A stretch of DNA of 54,286 bases from a virus (IMGVR_UViG_3300045003_000043:1-54286), one strand, 5' to 3'. Numbered from the stretch's first letter, positions 36,603-46,764 are shown. The notes: a model not told the origin generated them from the letters alone. Numbers and translations: made by a program.

Positions 36603-37994
36603 TCAGAACGTGTACCAAGCGTTAGTGCTGTAAATCACCCTTGATACAGCCCATTGCGAGGAGAGGGGGATAGTTGTTCCTCCATCAATCTGGAATCCTC
36701 CTCCCCCTAACGTACAGGTATTGGCGGAACTATCGATTTTCTTAAAGATAACAATTTGTCCTGTCACCGGAGAACCAGGCAATGTCTCTGCTACTGGTGC
36801 TCCGCTAGCATTGCAAAGTATCATCATATCGTTGACAGTAGCGGTATCCGTCGCAGTAGATACAGTGCGAACATTTCCTGACAATGATCCTGTGTTTATC
36901 AGACCAGGAGTGCTCACTGTCCCTGCAAATTGGGCTTTACCTGAAGAGTCATCTAAAATTGTTCCACTTGCTGTAGTGATGCCTTTATTACTACTCAACG
37001 TTAAGACATTGGTGTTCCAGAATCCTAATCCAAGAGAATTGACCGATGCTCCTTGGGTGTAGTTAAGTGCAGCCGCCTGACCGGTAGACCCAGACTTGCC
37101 CCAGTAAAGCGCGTAACTACTTCCGTTCGCCATACCAGCTGCAAACGCTGAGAACAACTTAAGATTCGGTCCTGACCCACCATCTGTAACACTAATCAAT
37201 CCAGGTACGGCTGCGTTCGAATCACCGACAATGGAAATAGCCGTACTAAGTGAACTGTTACCGACGCTTAGGGCTCCATTAACATGTTGGTTTCCGCTCC
37301 CATCATCGAGAATCATTCCACTCTGGGTCGTGATGGATTTATCGGCGAAGATCTGAAGAGTATTGTTAGAGTTATACATTCCAAGGCCGAGGCTATTGGG
37401 TCCGCTAGATGCTCTGTTGTATTGGATAACGCCAGAATTACCAGAAGTGACGAATTGTCCTATAATCCAGGGCCTAAAACCTCCCGCAGGAAGGCCGGGA
37501 TCAAAATCCGTTATTCCATAATTTCCGGAAGTAGTGCCGTCGTCCTGAATGCTCACAAATGCAAATGTGCTCGCTGTATTTGACCCAACCCCCTTCAAAT
37601 AGATCGCCGGTCCGCCTTGAGCGGGTGGATTGAAGGTTGTGGCTCCAGAAGCTCCAAGACCGCTAGGAGAAAATATTTTCTGTCCCGTAACCGTCTGCGT
37701 TGTGCTCAGCCGCATTACATCGCTTGCCGCAAACCCAGCATCCGATACGCCTCCTGATCCGTTACCAGACAATAAGTTGTTTGTCGTCGGTACTATAACC
37801 GGATTCCCGCCAACCTTACCCCAAGTTCCGTTTTCACAGGTGTAGATATCTCCCGTCGAGATCACTACTTGGATAGGGCTTTGTGCGGAGCAGGATCCAG
37901 AGGGAGCAGTCCCAACCCAACGAAGGGTGGGATTATTTATCTGCCCCATCGCTGAAGAGACACTTATAGCCAAGAATGCAAGTATCTTCTTCAT
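36603..37994 (-). CDS. Fibre-like protein with signal peptide
   Basis: MKKILAFLAISVSSAMGQ; QTVTGQKIFS; KKIDSSANT...IDG. Confidence 0.7.
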   Translation of the reverse strand: MKKILAFLAISVSSAMGQINNPTLRWVGTAPSGSCSAQSPIQVVISTGDIYTCENGTWGKVGGNPVIVPTTNNLLSGNGSGGVSDAGFAASDVMRLSTTQTVTGQKIFSPSGLGASGATTFNPPAQGGPAIYLKGVGSNTASTFAFVSIQDDGTTSGNYGITDFDPGLPAGGFRPWIIGQFVTSGNSGVIQYNRASSGPNSLGLGMYNSNNTLQIFADKSITTQSGMILDDGSGNQHVNGALSVGNSSLSTAISIVGDSNAAVPGLISVTDGGSGPNLKLFSAFAAGMANGSSYALYWGKSGSTGQAAALNYTQGASVNSLGLGFWNTNVLTLSSNKGITTASGTILDDSSGKAQFAGTVSTPGLINTGSLSGNVRTVSTATDTATVNDMMILCNASGAPVAETLPGSPVTGQIVIFKKIDSSANTCTLGGGGFQIDGGTTIPLSSQWAVSRVIYSTNAWYTF

Positions 37995-38281
37995 TGGATC
38001 ACCATGATGTCCAGTACGTCCCCGGCCGTTCCTACGACGTACCAATCGTTGAGAGTCCCCGAGTACTCAATAGCCATCGCCCCAGTCTGGGATCCACCTG
38101 GATAAAGAAGAATTCCCTTCGTGGTACTGACCGAAGAATCCCCAATGCGCATGTTGTTTGATCCATTGTTCTGGAGAAATAGCTGCTGGAAGTAGATCCC
38201 GTTTGCAATTCCTTTTAGCTGAATCGGCGTCAACGGCTGAGGTACTCCAGTAGCGGTGATCGTTACCTGTAAAGATTGCAT
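37991..38281 (-). CDS. Small beta-rich virion protein
   Basis: LQNNGSNNMRIGDSSVSTTKGILL. Confidence 0.65.
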   Translation of the reverse strand: MQSLQVTITATGVPQPLTPIQLKGIANGIYFQQLFLQNNGSNNMRIGDSSVSTTKGILLYPGGSQTGAMAIEYSGTLNDWYVVGTAGDVLDIMVIQ

Positions 38282-38291
38282 CTATGCTCTC

Positions 38292-39314
38292 CTAACTTTC
38301 TGGATACCCGCCGAGGTTCAGTCCTCCATTCATCGTGGCGTAAGCACTTCCGTCCGGATATCGACGTCGGTTCCGATGAACAACGGTTACTGACTCCCCA
38401 TCGAGGTTCAGATCGATGTCAATCGCCTGATCAAGGACGAACTTGTATTGCTTCTGAGCCATCTGCGAGAGAAGCATCCAATTCGCTCCGGATCCGCGCG
38501 GTGCCTCTCGGTCCTTCTGAGCTTCTTTGAACTCGTACAGAAGATCCTTGGCTCTCCACTCAATCATTTCTTCGTTGATCGGGTACGGTATATCCATCGA
38601 GAACCAATCAGCCTGCGTCTGGGGGAGAGTACCGCGGCGGCGATAGGTAAACGTGTACGGAACGTAGTTACCCTGATGTGGCCAAAGTTCGAACATCTGC
38701 CATCCAGGAGTAGAAGTTCCTGGACGTTGGTCGACTCCCGCCGGAACGACAAATCTCGGATTCGCAAAATCCGTTCTCTGAGGGTCCTCTACCGCCAGCA
38801 TGGCTTGGGTCATCGAATCAAAGTCCATCGGCTGATCGTTTGTCGGGTCACGGAACTCGACGAACTTGCTGAAGTCTTTCACCGGTGCAACGAAGTACAC
38901 CTGGTAAATGATGTATGGCTGACCTGGTCCGCTCGTAGGCTCCATCCAGGGACGATCGAGCGTCAACGTCGCAAAGGGAGGATTGCTCGTGGTGTCGTAT
39001 CCGACGATGTTGTAAACGCTGTATCCGGGGTTGCGATACTGCAGCTGCGTCAAGGGGGGAAACGAATTGTATGCGGCCAGTTGAGCTGTTACAGAAGCAT
39101 CTCCAATGACCTGATTTGAATATGGATTAGTGGTAAAGGTACCGCTATTGAACAGGACCCCAGGAGCCAACCAACCAGCAACCTGCTTCTGAAATGACCA
39201 GTCTCGGCCTCTGTAGATGGTCTCCAGTCCCTTTGAGGTGTACTCCATCGCAAGAGACAACGGGACCCCTGGGACCTTTCCAGTAAGCCCTTTCGCGACT
39301 GCATACAAACTCAT
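38292..39314 (-). CDS. Head-tail connector/adaptor-like protein
   Basis: RDWSFQ; ELWP; position after capsid genes. Confidence 0.6.
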   Translation of the reverse strand: MSLYAVAKGLTGKVPGVPLSLAMEYTSKGLETIYRGRDWSFQKQVAGWLAPGVLFNSGTFTTNPYSNQVIGDASVTAQLAAYNSFPPLTQLQYRNPGYSVYNIVGYDTTSNPPFATLTLDRPWMEPTSGPGQPYIIYQVYFVAPVKDFSKFVEFRDPTNDQPMDFDSMTQAMLAVEDPQRTDFANPRFVVPAGVDQRPGTSTPGWQMFELWPHQGNYVPYTFTYRRRGTLPQTQADWFSMDIPYPINEEMIEWRAKDLLYEFKEAQKDREAPRGSGANWMLLSQMAQKQYKFVLDQAIDIDLNLDGESVTVVHRNRRRYPDGSAYATMNGGLNLGGYPES

Positions 39315-39324
39315 AGCAACTCCT

Positions 39325-39359
39325 AAAAAATCGAGGCAGGCGGGTTACCCACCTGCCTC
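39325..39359 (-). terminator. Intrinsic terminator after capsid genes
   Basis: GAGGCAGG...CCTGCCTC followed by T6 on minus strand. Confidence 0.8.
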
Positions 39360-39380
39360 ATGCCTTGTTTCACTCGCGCG

Positions 39381-39971
39381 TCACAACTCCGATATCAGGG
39401 CTCCGAACTGAACCACCTCACCGCTTAGGTTGGTTCCATTGGGAACCAGTCCGGCCCCCGGAGCGGCCGTCGCAGTCAACGTTGGAGGAGTTCCTCCAGT
39501 TCCACTTACTGTCACCGTAGGCGCTGAGGTGTAGCCTGCTCCGGTGTTGGTGATCTGAATTGAGAACGTGGTCGCAGTAAGCACGGTGAGCGTTCCTGCG
39601 GCTCCTTGGCCTCCCCCGCCAGAAAACACTAGCGGAACCACTGTTCCAGGGGTCATTCCACTCCCGGCCACGTTCTGTACTACGCTGCTGACACCCTGCT
39701 TGCCTGAATATGTCCAGATAGCTGTCCATCCGGAAGCACCTGCTGACTTGGCACCGGCACGGATATTGGGAACCGCAGCGGGGAGGAACTTCACCTCATA
39801 ATTTCCACTCTGCGTCAGAGCGGACGAGGGAAAGTTGATGTAATCTCCCGTCCCAGGGTTCGAGAGAGGATCTCCCAGACCTTGGTTATAGGACGCGGGA
39901 CCTGCACCCCATAGCAGGGCAGGCTTGAACTCCCCAACCTGCGCCGATCTGTAAACGTACTGGGTATTCAA
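39381..39971 (-). CDS. Putative capsid decoration protein
   Basis: G/T/A-rich; GAGYTSAPTV. Confidence 0.6.
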   Translation of the reverse strand: MNTQYVYRSAQVGEFKPALLWGAGPASYNQGLGDPLSNPGTGDYINFPSSALTQSGNYEVKFLPAAVPNIRAGAKSAGASGWTAIWTYSGKQGVSSVVQNVAGSGMTPGTVVPLVFSGGGGQGAAGTLTVLTATTFSIQITNTGAGYTSAPTVTVSGTGGTPPTLTATAAPGAGLVPNGTNLSGEVVQFGALISEL

Positions 39972-39980
39972 CTCAGCCTC

Positions 39981-40832
39981 CTATCCTTGCAGTACTGGGA
40001 GTTCAAGGACACCGCGAACGATGGCACCTACGTTGGCAATATCCAAATTCGTACCGAGGAAAGTTTGAGTGATGTTTCCTGCCGCCGCCGCCGTTACCGC
40101 TCCGTTATTCCCAGCGTTCAGGGACCCTCCGGCCGCAACACTTGCTCCTGTGGTAATGAGCACCGGTGCGATACCTAGTTCCTGGATTACAACCCAGCAT
40201 CCGGCAGCGATCTGCGAGGCCGTGGGAGAGCTAAGGAAGATACCCCGAGGATTAAGTCCAGTTGCGCCACCGACCGATGATGCATCGACGGAGGAAACCA
40301 GATTTGCGCTCTGGTACATCTTAGCTAGAACTGAACCGCCTGTACCCGCACCAAGAGGCGTAAGGCTGAATGTCGGCGCAGCGGATCCGTAGGCGTACTG
40401 TCCACCATTGAGCACCTGGGCTCCGATGATCGAACCGGTGGATCCGACAACCACCTGTACTACCGCCTGAGAGATGGGGTTGGTTCCGCCAGTGGCCGTC
40501 AGGATGTACGAACCAGGAGTGTAGCCAGTTCCAGGAACGAATCCCACATCTTCGACGGAGTTTCCGATTCCCCATCCGCACGGCTTACCGAAGGCGATGT
40601 TTGCCGCCGTAGCCGCAGGAGACAGCCGCACGAAGCGATAGCGTCCCTGATAGAGCTTGGGACCGAATCGCTGCGACCACTGACCCGCCTCGTTGTCAGA
40701 CAGGTCCACGTAGTCACCCTCGTGGAGAGTTCCGCCAAGCTCAGGCAGACCGGTAATAGGGTCCGTGAGCCCCGTCGAGGAGGTATAGATGGCGAAGGGT
40801 CCGAGATAAAAAGATTGCGCCAGAGTTTGCAT
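39981..40832 (-). CDS. Putative capsid cement/decoration protein
   Basis: Directly after MCP; GRYRFVR...WVVIQELG. Confidence 0.6.
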   Translation of the reverse strand: MQTLAQSFYLGPFAIYTSSTGLTDPITGLPELGGTLHEGDYVDLSDNEAGQWSQRFGPKLYQGRYRFVRLSPAATAANIAFGKPCGWGIGNSVEDVGFVPGTGYTPGSYILTATGGTNPISQAVVQVVVGSTGSIIGAQVLNGGQYAYGSAAPTFSLTPLGAGTGGSVLAKMYQSANLVSSVDASSVGGATGLNPRGIFLSSPTASQIAAGCWVVIQELGIAPVLITTGASVAAGGSLNAGNNGAVTAAAAGNITQTFLGTNLDIANVGAIVRGVLELPVLQG

Positions 40833-42103
40833 TACTGTCCTACCCCCTTGAAGCCGTAGATGAGGATGCCGTGAGTGGGCATGTCGAGGTACAGGTTAGT
40901 CGCTAACCGCAGGTAGCGGATGTTCGACGATATGTTATTCGGAATAGGGTTCTCACGGATGTTGAAGTTCCATCCGCTGCCCGGCTTCGGCGGTAGCATA
41001 ACCATCGCCTCAGGGTCGAAGAAATACAACGCTTCGCCCGGATCAATGACCGTGCCAGACGGGATGTTGGATCCTGTCGGTGAGAGGGTTCCAGCAGCCA
41101 CCGGCACTCCGTTGACCGTGAATGTCGGGCTCAGGAACGGAGACAGCTGAGTTGATCCGCCCGATCCGTCATAGTACTTTCCCTGCCCTGCGGTACCGTA
41201 GGCTTGCGGATTCCCTCCGGGAAGGAAGGTCCATGCCATCGACGACGGAGCCAGTGGATCCTCGTGAATCTTGATTCCGTTGAAGTCGATCGATCGCCAA
41301 CCGAAGTCGGTCCCTTCCTTGACATCAAGCTGCATGGTGACAGCCTGAGTGCGGAACGCAGTGGCAATCGCTCCCCATCCGAAAGGACCGGTAAGTCCAA
41401 TCTTGGCCTTGGCTCCGAGGACGCTCAGCTGGGCCACTGCACGCTGGAAGACTGGCCATGTGATGCCCGAAGACGCTCCGGTGTTCGTTCCACAATAATA
41501 CGGAGTGGAGTTGTATACCTGTCCCGAAACTCCGTTGCGGGTAACGGAACCATAGAGCTGGTAGAAGTTACCAAACGGGCTCGGGTCGACTCCATTGTTG
41601 AGGGCCTCATCGAATCCATTCGACGACTTGTGGCGGTCATTGGACACTCCAGCAGCAGAACCACCAGGAGATCCAGTGTTCCACTGACCATGCTGGTATC
41701 CGTCCATCTCGATCATGGATTCGAGACGCTTTGCCAGACAGTAATTGTCGATGGCCTCCTGGGAGACAATCTGGGTGTCTCCGGGAGCGTTGAAGAGGTT
41801 GTACTCAGTCTCTTCAACCTCGATGTCGGCCTCGTAGAAGCGGATGTCAAACTTGGAATCGTTTACCATCTGCTTGCGAGTCGGAGTGATGGTCGCCCCA
41901 GGCTCAGTGGCAGAACCGTGCGCAAAGTCGTAGATGTACGGATTGCGGACTCCAGTTCCCTGGAATACGGCCTCCATTACACCAGCCTCACGCAAGAGAG
42001 ACATGAGCGGATAGTTCGTCCCGAAGCAATCCGCGACGAACCCTTTTCGAATCATCTCTCTCGAAACTGCATCACGAGAGTTATAGAGGGGATCCTGAGG
42101 CAT
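40832..42103 (-). CDS. Major capsid protein
   Basis: 423 aa after scaffold; DFGWRSIDFNGIKIHEDP...LYFFD HK97-type C-terminal pattern. Confidence 0.8.
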   Translation of the reverse strand: MPQDPLYNSRDAVSREMIRKGFVADCFGTNYPLMSLLREAGVMEAVFQGTGVRNPYIYDFAHGSATEPGATITPTRKQMVNDSKFDIRFYEADIEVEETEYNLFNAPGDTQIVSQEAIDNYCLAKRLESMIEMDGYQHGQWNTGSPGGSAAGVSNDRHKSSNGFDEALNNGVDPSPFGNFYQLYGSVTRNGVSGQVYNSTPYYCGTNTGASSGITWPVFQRAVAQLSVLGAKAKIGLTGPFGWGAIATAFRTQAVTMQLDVKEGTDFGWRSIDFNGIKIHEDPLAPSSMAWTFLPGGNPQAYGTAGQGKYYDGSGGSTQLSPFLSPTFTVNGVPVAAGTLSPTGSNIPSGTVIDPGEALYFFDPEAMVMLPPKPGSGWNFNIRENPIPNNISSNIRYLRLATNLYLDMPTHGILIYGFKGVGQ

Positions 42104-42121
42104 TGTATTGGCGTCCTTTCG

Positions 42122-42928
42122 TTATGCCGCCGAACTTGCACTTTGCGCAGCTTCTCGCGCTCTTTGCATGGCGTTGGAAATCTTTTCCCTGGTTGACATC
42201 GAACTGAATTCGCGTACGCTCTTCGGATCACGCGGAGCTGGCATGCGCGAAAAATTAGAAGGCATACCGCCATTGAGTTCCGGATGTCCGGCAGTGATGG
42301 GGTGCTCTTCCTTGTACTTGGCGACCGCTTCTTCTGCAATCTTGCGATCATGCTCTGCACGTGCGGTCTCAGCCTGACGCTTCTCTTCGTCAGAAATCTT
42401 GTAGGTATGCTCCATGTAGTCGTTCACCGACATGCGCATGGCGGCGGCCTTGTCTCCGATCATCGTCGGATCTTCCGGGAGTGGCTTACCGAAGACTCGC
42501 TGGTAACGATTGATGGCGTTGAAAGTCTGTCCAATCTGGGAGAATCCTCGCGTCAGAATGTCCTGAAGTTCCTTAGCAGGATCCTTGGCGGCCGGAGCAG
42601 CGGGGGTTGGAATATCCGGAAGTGCTACGTTGATACCGCTCTTCTTGAGCTCATCCATCGCGGCCTTCATTGCAGCGTTGCTTGCCTGAAGCTGCGCTAC
42701 GGTGGCGTCGTTGATTCCGAACTTGGCGATGTTCTCGTCGATCGCGGCCTGAAGTGCTTGGGCCTCAGCAAACTTGCGCTGAGCTTCCTCAGCGGCTCGA
42801 GATCCTTCGCTGGCCTTACGTTCGGCGTCGGCAAAATATCCATCCCACTTCGTCACAACGTCCTTCTTCGCTTCGAGCGTTGCGGCGTCAATTCCTAGTT
42901 CAGCGGCGAGTTCTTTCAAAGTCGGCAT
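42122..42928 (-). CDS. Putative scaffolding protein
   Basis: A/E/K-rich coiled coil before MCP. Confidence 0.7.
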   Translation of the reverse strand: MPTLKELAAELGIDAATLEAKKDVVTKWDGYFADAERKASEGSRAAEEAQRKFAEAQALQAAIDENIAKFGINDATVAQLQASNAAMKAAMDELKKSGINVALPDIPTPAAPAAKDPAKELQDILTRGFSQIGQTFNAINRYQRVFGKPLPEDPTMIGDKAAAMRMSVNDYMEHTYKISDEEKRQAETARAEHDRKIAEEAVAKYKEEHPITAGHPELNGGMPSNFSRMPAPRDPKSVREFSSMSTREKISNAMQRAREAAQSASSAA

Positions 42929-42946
42929 GGTATTACCTCATGTGGT

Positions 42947-43201
42947 TCATTGCTGCGGTGGTGCTGGGGGTTGTTGCGGCGCACTAGGAGCCGCTTGTGA
43001 GACCTTCTGTAGAGCCTGAACAAGCGCTGTCGTCGCCTGCTCCATCTCTGCCTGAATAACGGTGTTCTGGGTACCAAGCTGGCGAGCAATCATAGCCATT
43101 CGTCCCAGCACTGTCTGGAGGGGATTTGCCTGCGCAGATGCGGCCGCATCACCTGGTTGCGGTGCGGCCGCCTGCGGATTCGACATGGGGAAAGATGCCA
43201 C
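42947..43201 (-). CDS. Small Gln/Pro/Ala-rich head-module protein
   Basis: GGGG RBS, GTG start. Confidence 0.6.
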   Translation of the reverse strand: MASFPMSNPQAAAPQPGDAAASAQANPLQTVLGRMAMIARQLGTQNTVIQAEMEQATTALVQALQKVSQAAPSAPQQPPAPPQQ

Positions 43202-43217
43202 GCTTCGTTTCCCCTGA

Positions 43218-43337
43218 TTAGCGCTTACGCGAAGCCTTGCGGCCCCCACGCTTGCGACCCTTCTTGTGTCCGCCCTTGTGCGAAGCCGTGTGGCTTGCAC
43301 CCTTCAGGACGAAACCGCCCTTATGACCCTTAGCCAT
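43218..43337 (-). CDS. 39-aa K/R/H/G-rich basic peptide
   Basis: TAAGGAGG RBS; MAKGHKGG...GRKRGGRKASRKR. Confidence 0.75.
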   Translation of the reverse strand: MAKGHKGGFVLKGASHTASHKGGHKKGRKRGGRKASRKR

Positions 43338-43368
43338 AATGTGACCCTCCTTAGGTCTGTGAAATGAG

Positions 43369-43399
43369 AAACGCCCCTGGGCGTATCCCAGAGGCGTTC
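43369..43399 (-). promoter_or_regulatory. Long hairpin in leader of capsid operon
   Basis: AACGCC-C-CTGGG/CCCAG-A-GGCGTT. Confidence 0.6.
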
Positions 43400-43479
43400 C
43401 GAAGTTCCACAAAGGAGGCGGCAACGAATCTCTAAATTCAGAGTGAATATCTAAAGCAACTAAAAGTCAATACGCAATC

Positions 43480-43698
43480 TTATTTTTCTACAATTTCTTT
43501 CGTGCTTTCGAGCGATATCGAGCGCACTCCACCATTAGCGAGGTTGAGTTCGATCTTCCCGGTGACTTTCTCTTTACGCGCAATCGGAAGCAAGGAAGTC
43601 ATGATTTCCGGCACTTCCTCCTGGGTTCGTGGGATGATCGACTCTCGGAAAGTCTCGATATGCTTACGTCCCTTTACGGGTATCTCTTCAGGCAACAC
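43480..43698 (-). CDS. Small hypothetical protein after portal
   Basis: AAGGAG RBS; TGKIELNLANGGV. Confidence 0.7.
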   Translation of the reverse strand: MLPEEIPVKGRKHIETFRESIIPRTQEEVPEIMTSLLPIARKEKVTGKIELNLANGGVRSISLESTKEIVEK

Positions 43699-43711
43699 AG
43701 TATTCTCCTTG

Positions 43712-45754
43712 TCAGCTAGTGGAGTTCACAACCCGAACGTTACCACTACGGCTCCCTTTCATCTCTGCATGGTGCTGCGTCTTTCCGCTGGAGGGTCTAC
43801 CGCCTCCCTTTCCCTGTCCTGGACCTTGGGGTGGATGCGGCTCTATGCCAAGTTCCTTCATCTTCGACTGCACCGCTGCTGATGCTTCTAGCTTCCATAG
43901 TTCCTGATTCAATTGTTCCTGACGCCACTTCAGTTGCTCAATGTCGTAATCGTCGACGCCAAGCTTGGACATGATCGTTGACATAGAGATAGGAACACCC
44001 TTCTGGAGGAAGAACATATAGGTCATGCGTTCCTGCATGTGAGTTATGTTCAGAAGCTGAGCTGGAGTGTTGACTACCCTCAGTTGATCGCAGAACCATC
44101 TCGCCCGTTGCATCTTGAGGTACCGGCTCGGACTATTTTTGTCCTCGCCCGGTAGATGCGAAGGAACCAGAGAGTTTGGATCGTTGTCGAACGTCTCCAG
44201 TCCTACACCTTCCGGTCCCACCATCGACATTAGGTCGTGAACCGAAAAGTATTGAGCGATGTTGTACTTCAACATATGGGCATGCTTGGAGTTCGCCATC
44301 CACATGTTGACGGCAATTCCTTTGGCCATCGGACCAAGGTTCTCGATGAACTTATCGAATGACTGGTCCGATAGGTTGCCTTTCATCTCCCGCAACGAAG
44401 CCAGGTCGGTGAGTCCAAGAGCGGCCTTGATCGAAGAGGATAGGAGTTCGATTCCCTTGAAATCCTTATCGTCAATATCGATCTCAGGGGGCAACAGAGA
44501 TTTTGTCCACTTCGAAGGATCCCCTTTTCCTCCCACTCTAACGCCTTTTGCGTGGAGGAGATCCAGCTTCTCCATCTGGGTTCTTGCAACACCCGTCGAA
44601 ACGTCGTGACCCAAAGGAGGATCCTTGCGGATTGCCAGAACTGAGTTGACATCCGACAAGCGGTCGCGTCTGGCAACCTCCAGCCCGGCCACGCTATCAA
44701 CGGCGGAGTATCCAATGGGTGACCAGGCCCAGTCGTTGACGTCGTATTGCACAGCTGGAATCTCTCCGTGCCAGTCAAATGCCGTGTCGTCGTACATTGG
44801 AATAGGAACACTGGGAGACGTGATAGAAAGGCGCAACTGAGGGTACATACGGCACTCTTCGAGAGTTGCCTTATGGGACTGGGGCAATCCATTCTCAGGG
44901 TTGATCGTTACGATCAAATCACCTTTCGATGGGACCTTGTACCCCCACGTCGTACCGTCGACTCCCATCTGTTGCGTGTATCCAGTTTCGTTGATACGCA
45001 GGTCTCGGATCCAGTGGTACCGGATCATGCAGTACTTGTTGTCCCAGTCCTTCTCCTCTGCGAATCTCCAATAGTCATAGAAGTCCATTCGCCTGGCCAT
45101 GCCGATGGTTCCGTAGGACTTCCAATCGTATCGAGACATTGGTACGAGCCACTGCTGGAACTGGGGGAAACGAGCGTGAGCCTCCGCGATCGGCATTGGA
45201 CGGATGATCGTAAATGCGTAGCACCCCTGAACATCGTTGTTTGCCGGGACCTGCTCGGGTAACCCCTCAAGAGGTCCTAACCAATCGAAATGCATCCGGC
45301 CTCGACCCCAACCGTAATGATCACGGCTGTACTTTGGCCAAATGTACCCCCGGCTCATCATGGCGTATTGCAGAGCCTTGCGCGTGTTCCATACGAAGTT
45401 GGAATCCCAGAAGACGAACCGGAACACGTCATTGTAGAGAGCAACGTTCTTCTTGAACTGAGCGGCGCGAGATCCCATGGTAGCGATCTGGCGAAGGTCC
45501 GTAATCGTTTCAACGAAGGTTCGAATGTCTGGCTGGAGAAGGTTAGACTCAAGGTCTCGATCCTGCCCCAATCCCATCAACAGCCGGATATTCTTTTGAA
45601 TGTTCTTCGTTCCTGGTTGGGCCTGGACAAAGCGCTCACCGTTCTGCGTCAGCTCGTCAAACCAGCCACGGCGATATGTGCCAGCTGCCTCGCGCGGGGG
45701 AGCCTGCCACTCCACGTACTTCTCGTGAGTGACAATTCCAAGGGCGCTAGGCAT
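43712..45754 (-). CDS. Portal protein
   Basis: ~680 aa between terminase and scaffold; P22-like size, low-complexity C-terminus. Confidence 0.75.
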   Translation of the reverse strand: MPSALGIVTHEKYVEWQAPPREAAGTYRRGWFDELTQNGERFVQAQPGTKNIQKNIRLLMGLGQDRDLESNLLQPDIRTFVETITDLRQIATMGSRAAQFKKNVALYNDVFRFVFWDSNFVWNTRKALQYAMMSRGYIWPKYSRDHYGWGRGRMHFDWLGPLEGLPEQVPANNDVQGCYAFTIIRPMPIAEAHARFPQFQQWLVPMSRYDWKSYGTIGMARRMDFYDYWRFAEEKDWDNKYCMIRYHWIRDLRINETGYTQQMGVDGTTWGYKVPSKGDLIVTINPENGLPQSHKATLEECRMYPQLRLSITSPSVPIPMYDDTAFDWHGEIPAVQYDVNDWAWSPIGYSAVDSVAGLEVARRDRLSDVNSVLAIRKDPPLGHDVSTGVARTQMEKLDLLHAKGVRVGGKGDPSKWTKSLLPPEIDIDDKDFKGIELLSSSIKAALGLTDLASLREMKGNLSDQSFDKFIENLGPMAKGIAVNMWMANSKHAHMLKYNIAQYFSVHDLMSMVGPEGVGLETFDNDPNSLVPSHLPGEDKNSPSRYLKMQRARWFCDQLRVVNTPAQLLNITHMQERMTYMFFLQKGVPISMSTIMSKLGVDDYDIEQLKWRQEQLNQELWKLEASAAVQSKMKELGIEPHPPQGPGQGKGGGRPSSGKTQHHAEMKGSRSGNVRVVNSTS

Positions 45755-46223
45755 GATGCAATTCCCCTTTCTTAATTGCGTAACTTTCCATAGCGATGTC
45801 GGTGGACTTCTTAGATTCCTCGTACTTTTCCGCTGCGATGCAAGCCTCGACCGACATACGAGCATTCAGTGCTCGTTCGTAGAAGTGATCCATAACCTTC
45901 AGCAATGCCATGTTGACATCTCGATTCCATGGATCCAAATTGTTGCTGCGGTCTATGACCGCTTGGCGGAGAGCATTGCGGAACGGACGTTCCGACTCCA
46001 ATTTACGCATCGTGGACTCTTCGGCATCTCGCAGACACTGCTCCCGGTATCTCGCCGCATACTTCTCAATCTCAGAGGCGAAATAGCAGACATGGGTCTT
46101 GTAGCGAACGTCCTTGGGAAGCATTGGACGGGCATTCTCAGGAGCGAACCCAAGAATGCGGTTCGTGTCGATTTCGATGTAAACCTGAGTTCTCTCTCGA
46201 TGGGTGAGTTGTACGTTATGCAC
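45747..46223 (-). CDS. Hypothetical protein
   Basis: Overlaps portal start. Confidence 0.7.
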   Translation of the reverse strand: MHNVQLTHRERTQVYIEIDTNRILGFAPENARPMLPKDVRYKTHVCYFASEIEKYAARYREQCLRDAEESTMRKLESERPFRNALRQAVIDRSNNLDPWNRDVNMALLKVMDHFYERALNARMSVEACIAAEKYEESKKSTDIAMESYAIKKGELHHA

Positions 46224-46245
46224 GAAAAAATCGTAGCATTTTATT

Positions 46246-46608
46246 TCACAATTCCATAATAGAAATACCCAGAACGAGATACATCAGACGCTTTTTCAGC
46301 TTGTAGACTTCCGTCCGGTGTCCCTTCTTATCAGCGACTACCGTCTTTCCGCCTTCTTTCCATACGAAGTCCGCCACGTAGGTTACGGAACTTACCCCAT
46401 CCCTTCCCTCGACCAGAACGAATGGTACCTGCTCCCGGAGTTCCGAGATAATACCGGCCCTCTCCAGGGATGCCAGCTTAGCCGCTTCTTCCGCCTCGCT
46501 CTTGCTGTCATATTTCCCCGTTCTGACAGCACCGTACTTGCTCCTTCGCTTGGGCTTACTCCCTTCGACGAAGGATGTCCACGCTTCCCGCTCTCCCCGT
46601 CGCATCAT
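46246..46608 (-). CDS. DUF1064 family PD-(D/E)XK nuclease
   Basis: SKYGA...YDSKSEA...EQVPFVL...YVADFVW...DKKG..T.VYKLKKRLM. Confidence 0.9.
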   Translation of the reverse strand: MMRRGEREAWTSFVEGSKPKRRSKYGAVRTGKYDSKSEAEEAAKLASLERAGIISELREQVPFVLVEGRDGVSSVTYVADFVWKEGGKTVVADKKGHRTEVYKLKKRLMYLVLGISIMEL

Positions 46609-46609
46609 G

Positions 46610-46753
46610 TCAGTACGAATAGTCCCCGGACTTCTCCTGATACAGCTTCTTCATCTCCAGACGATCACGCTCTGCAACCTCTGGATCAATCTTGTTTTGG
46701 GCGAGTCCTCCCCAAGGATATCTGTTCCAATCTATCTTCTTCGGCTTCTTCAA
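46610..46753 (-). CDS. Small hypothetical protein (47 aa)
   Basis: GGAGG RBS, TTG start, read by hand. Confidence 0.5.
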   Translation of the reverse strand: MKKPKKIDWNRYPWGGLAQNKIDPEVAERDRLEMKKLYQEKSGDYSY

Positions 46754-46764
46754 GTCGGCCTCCA

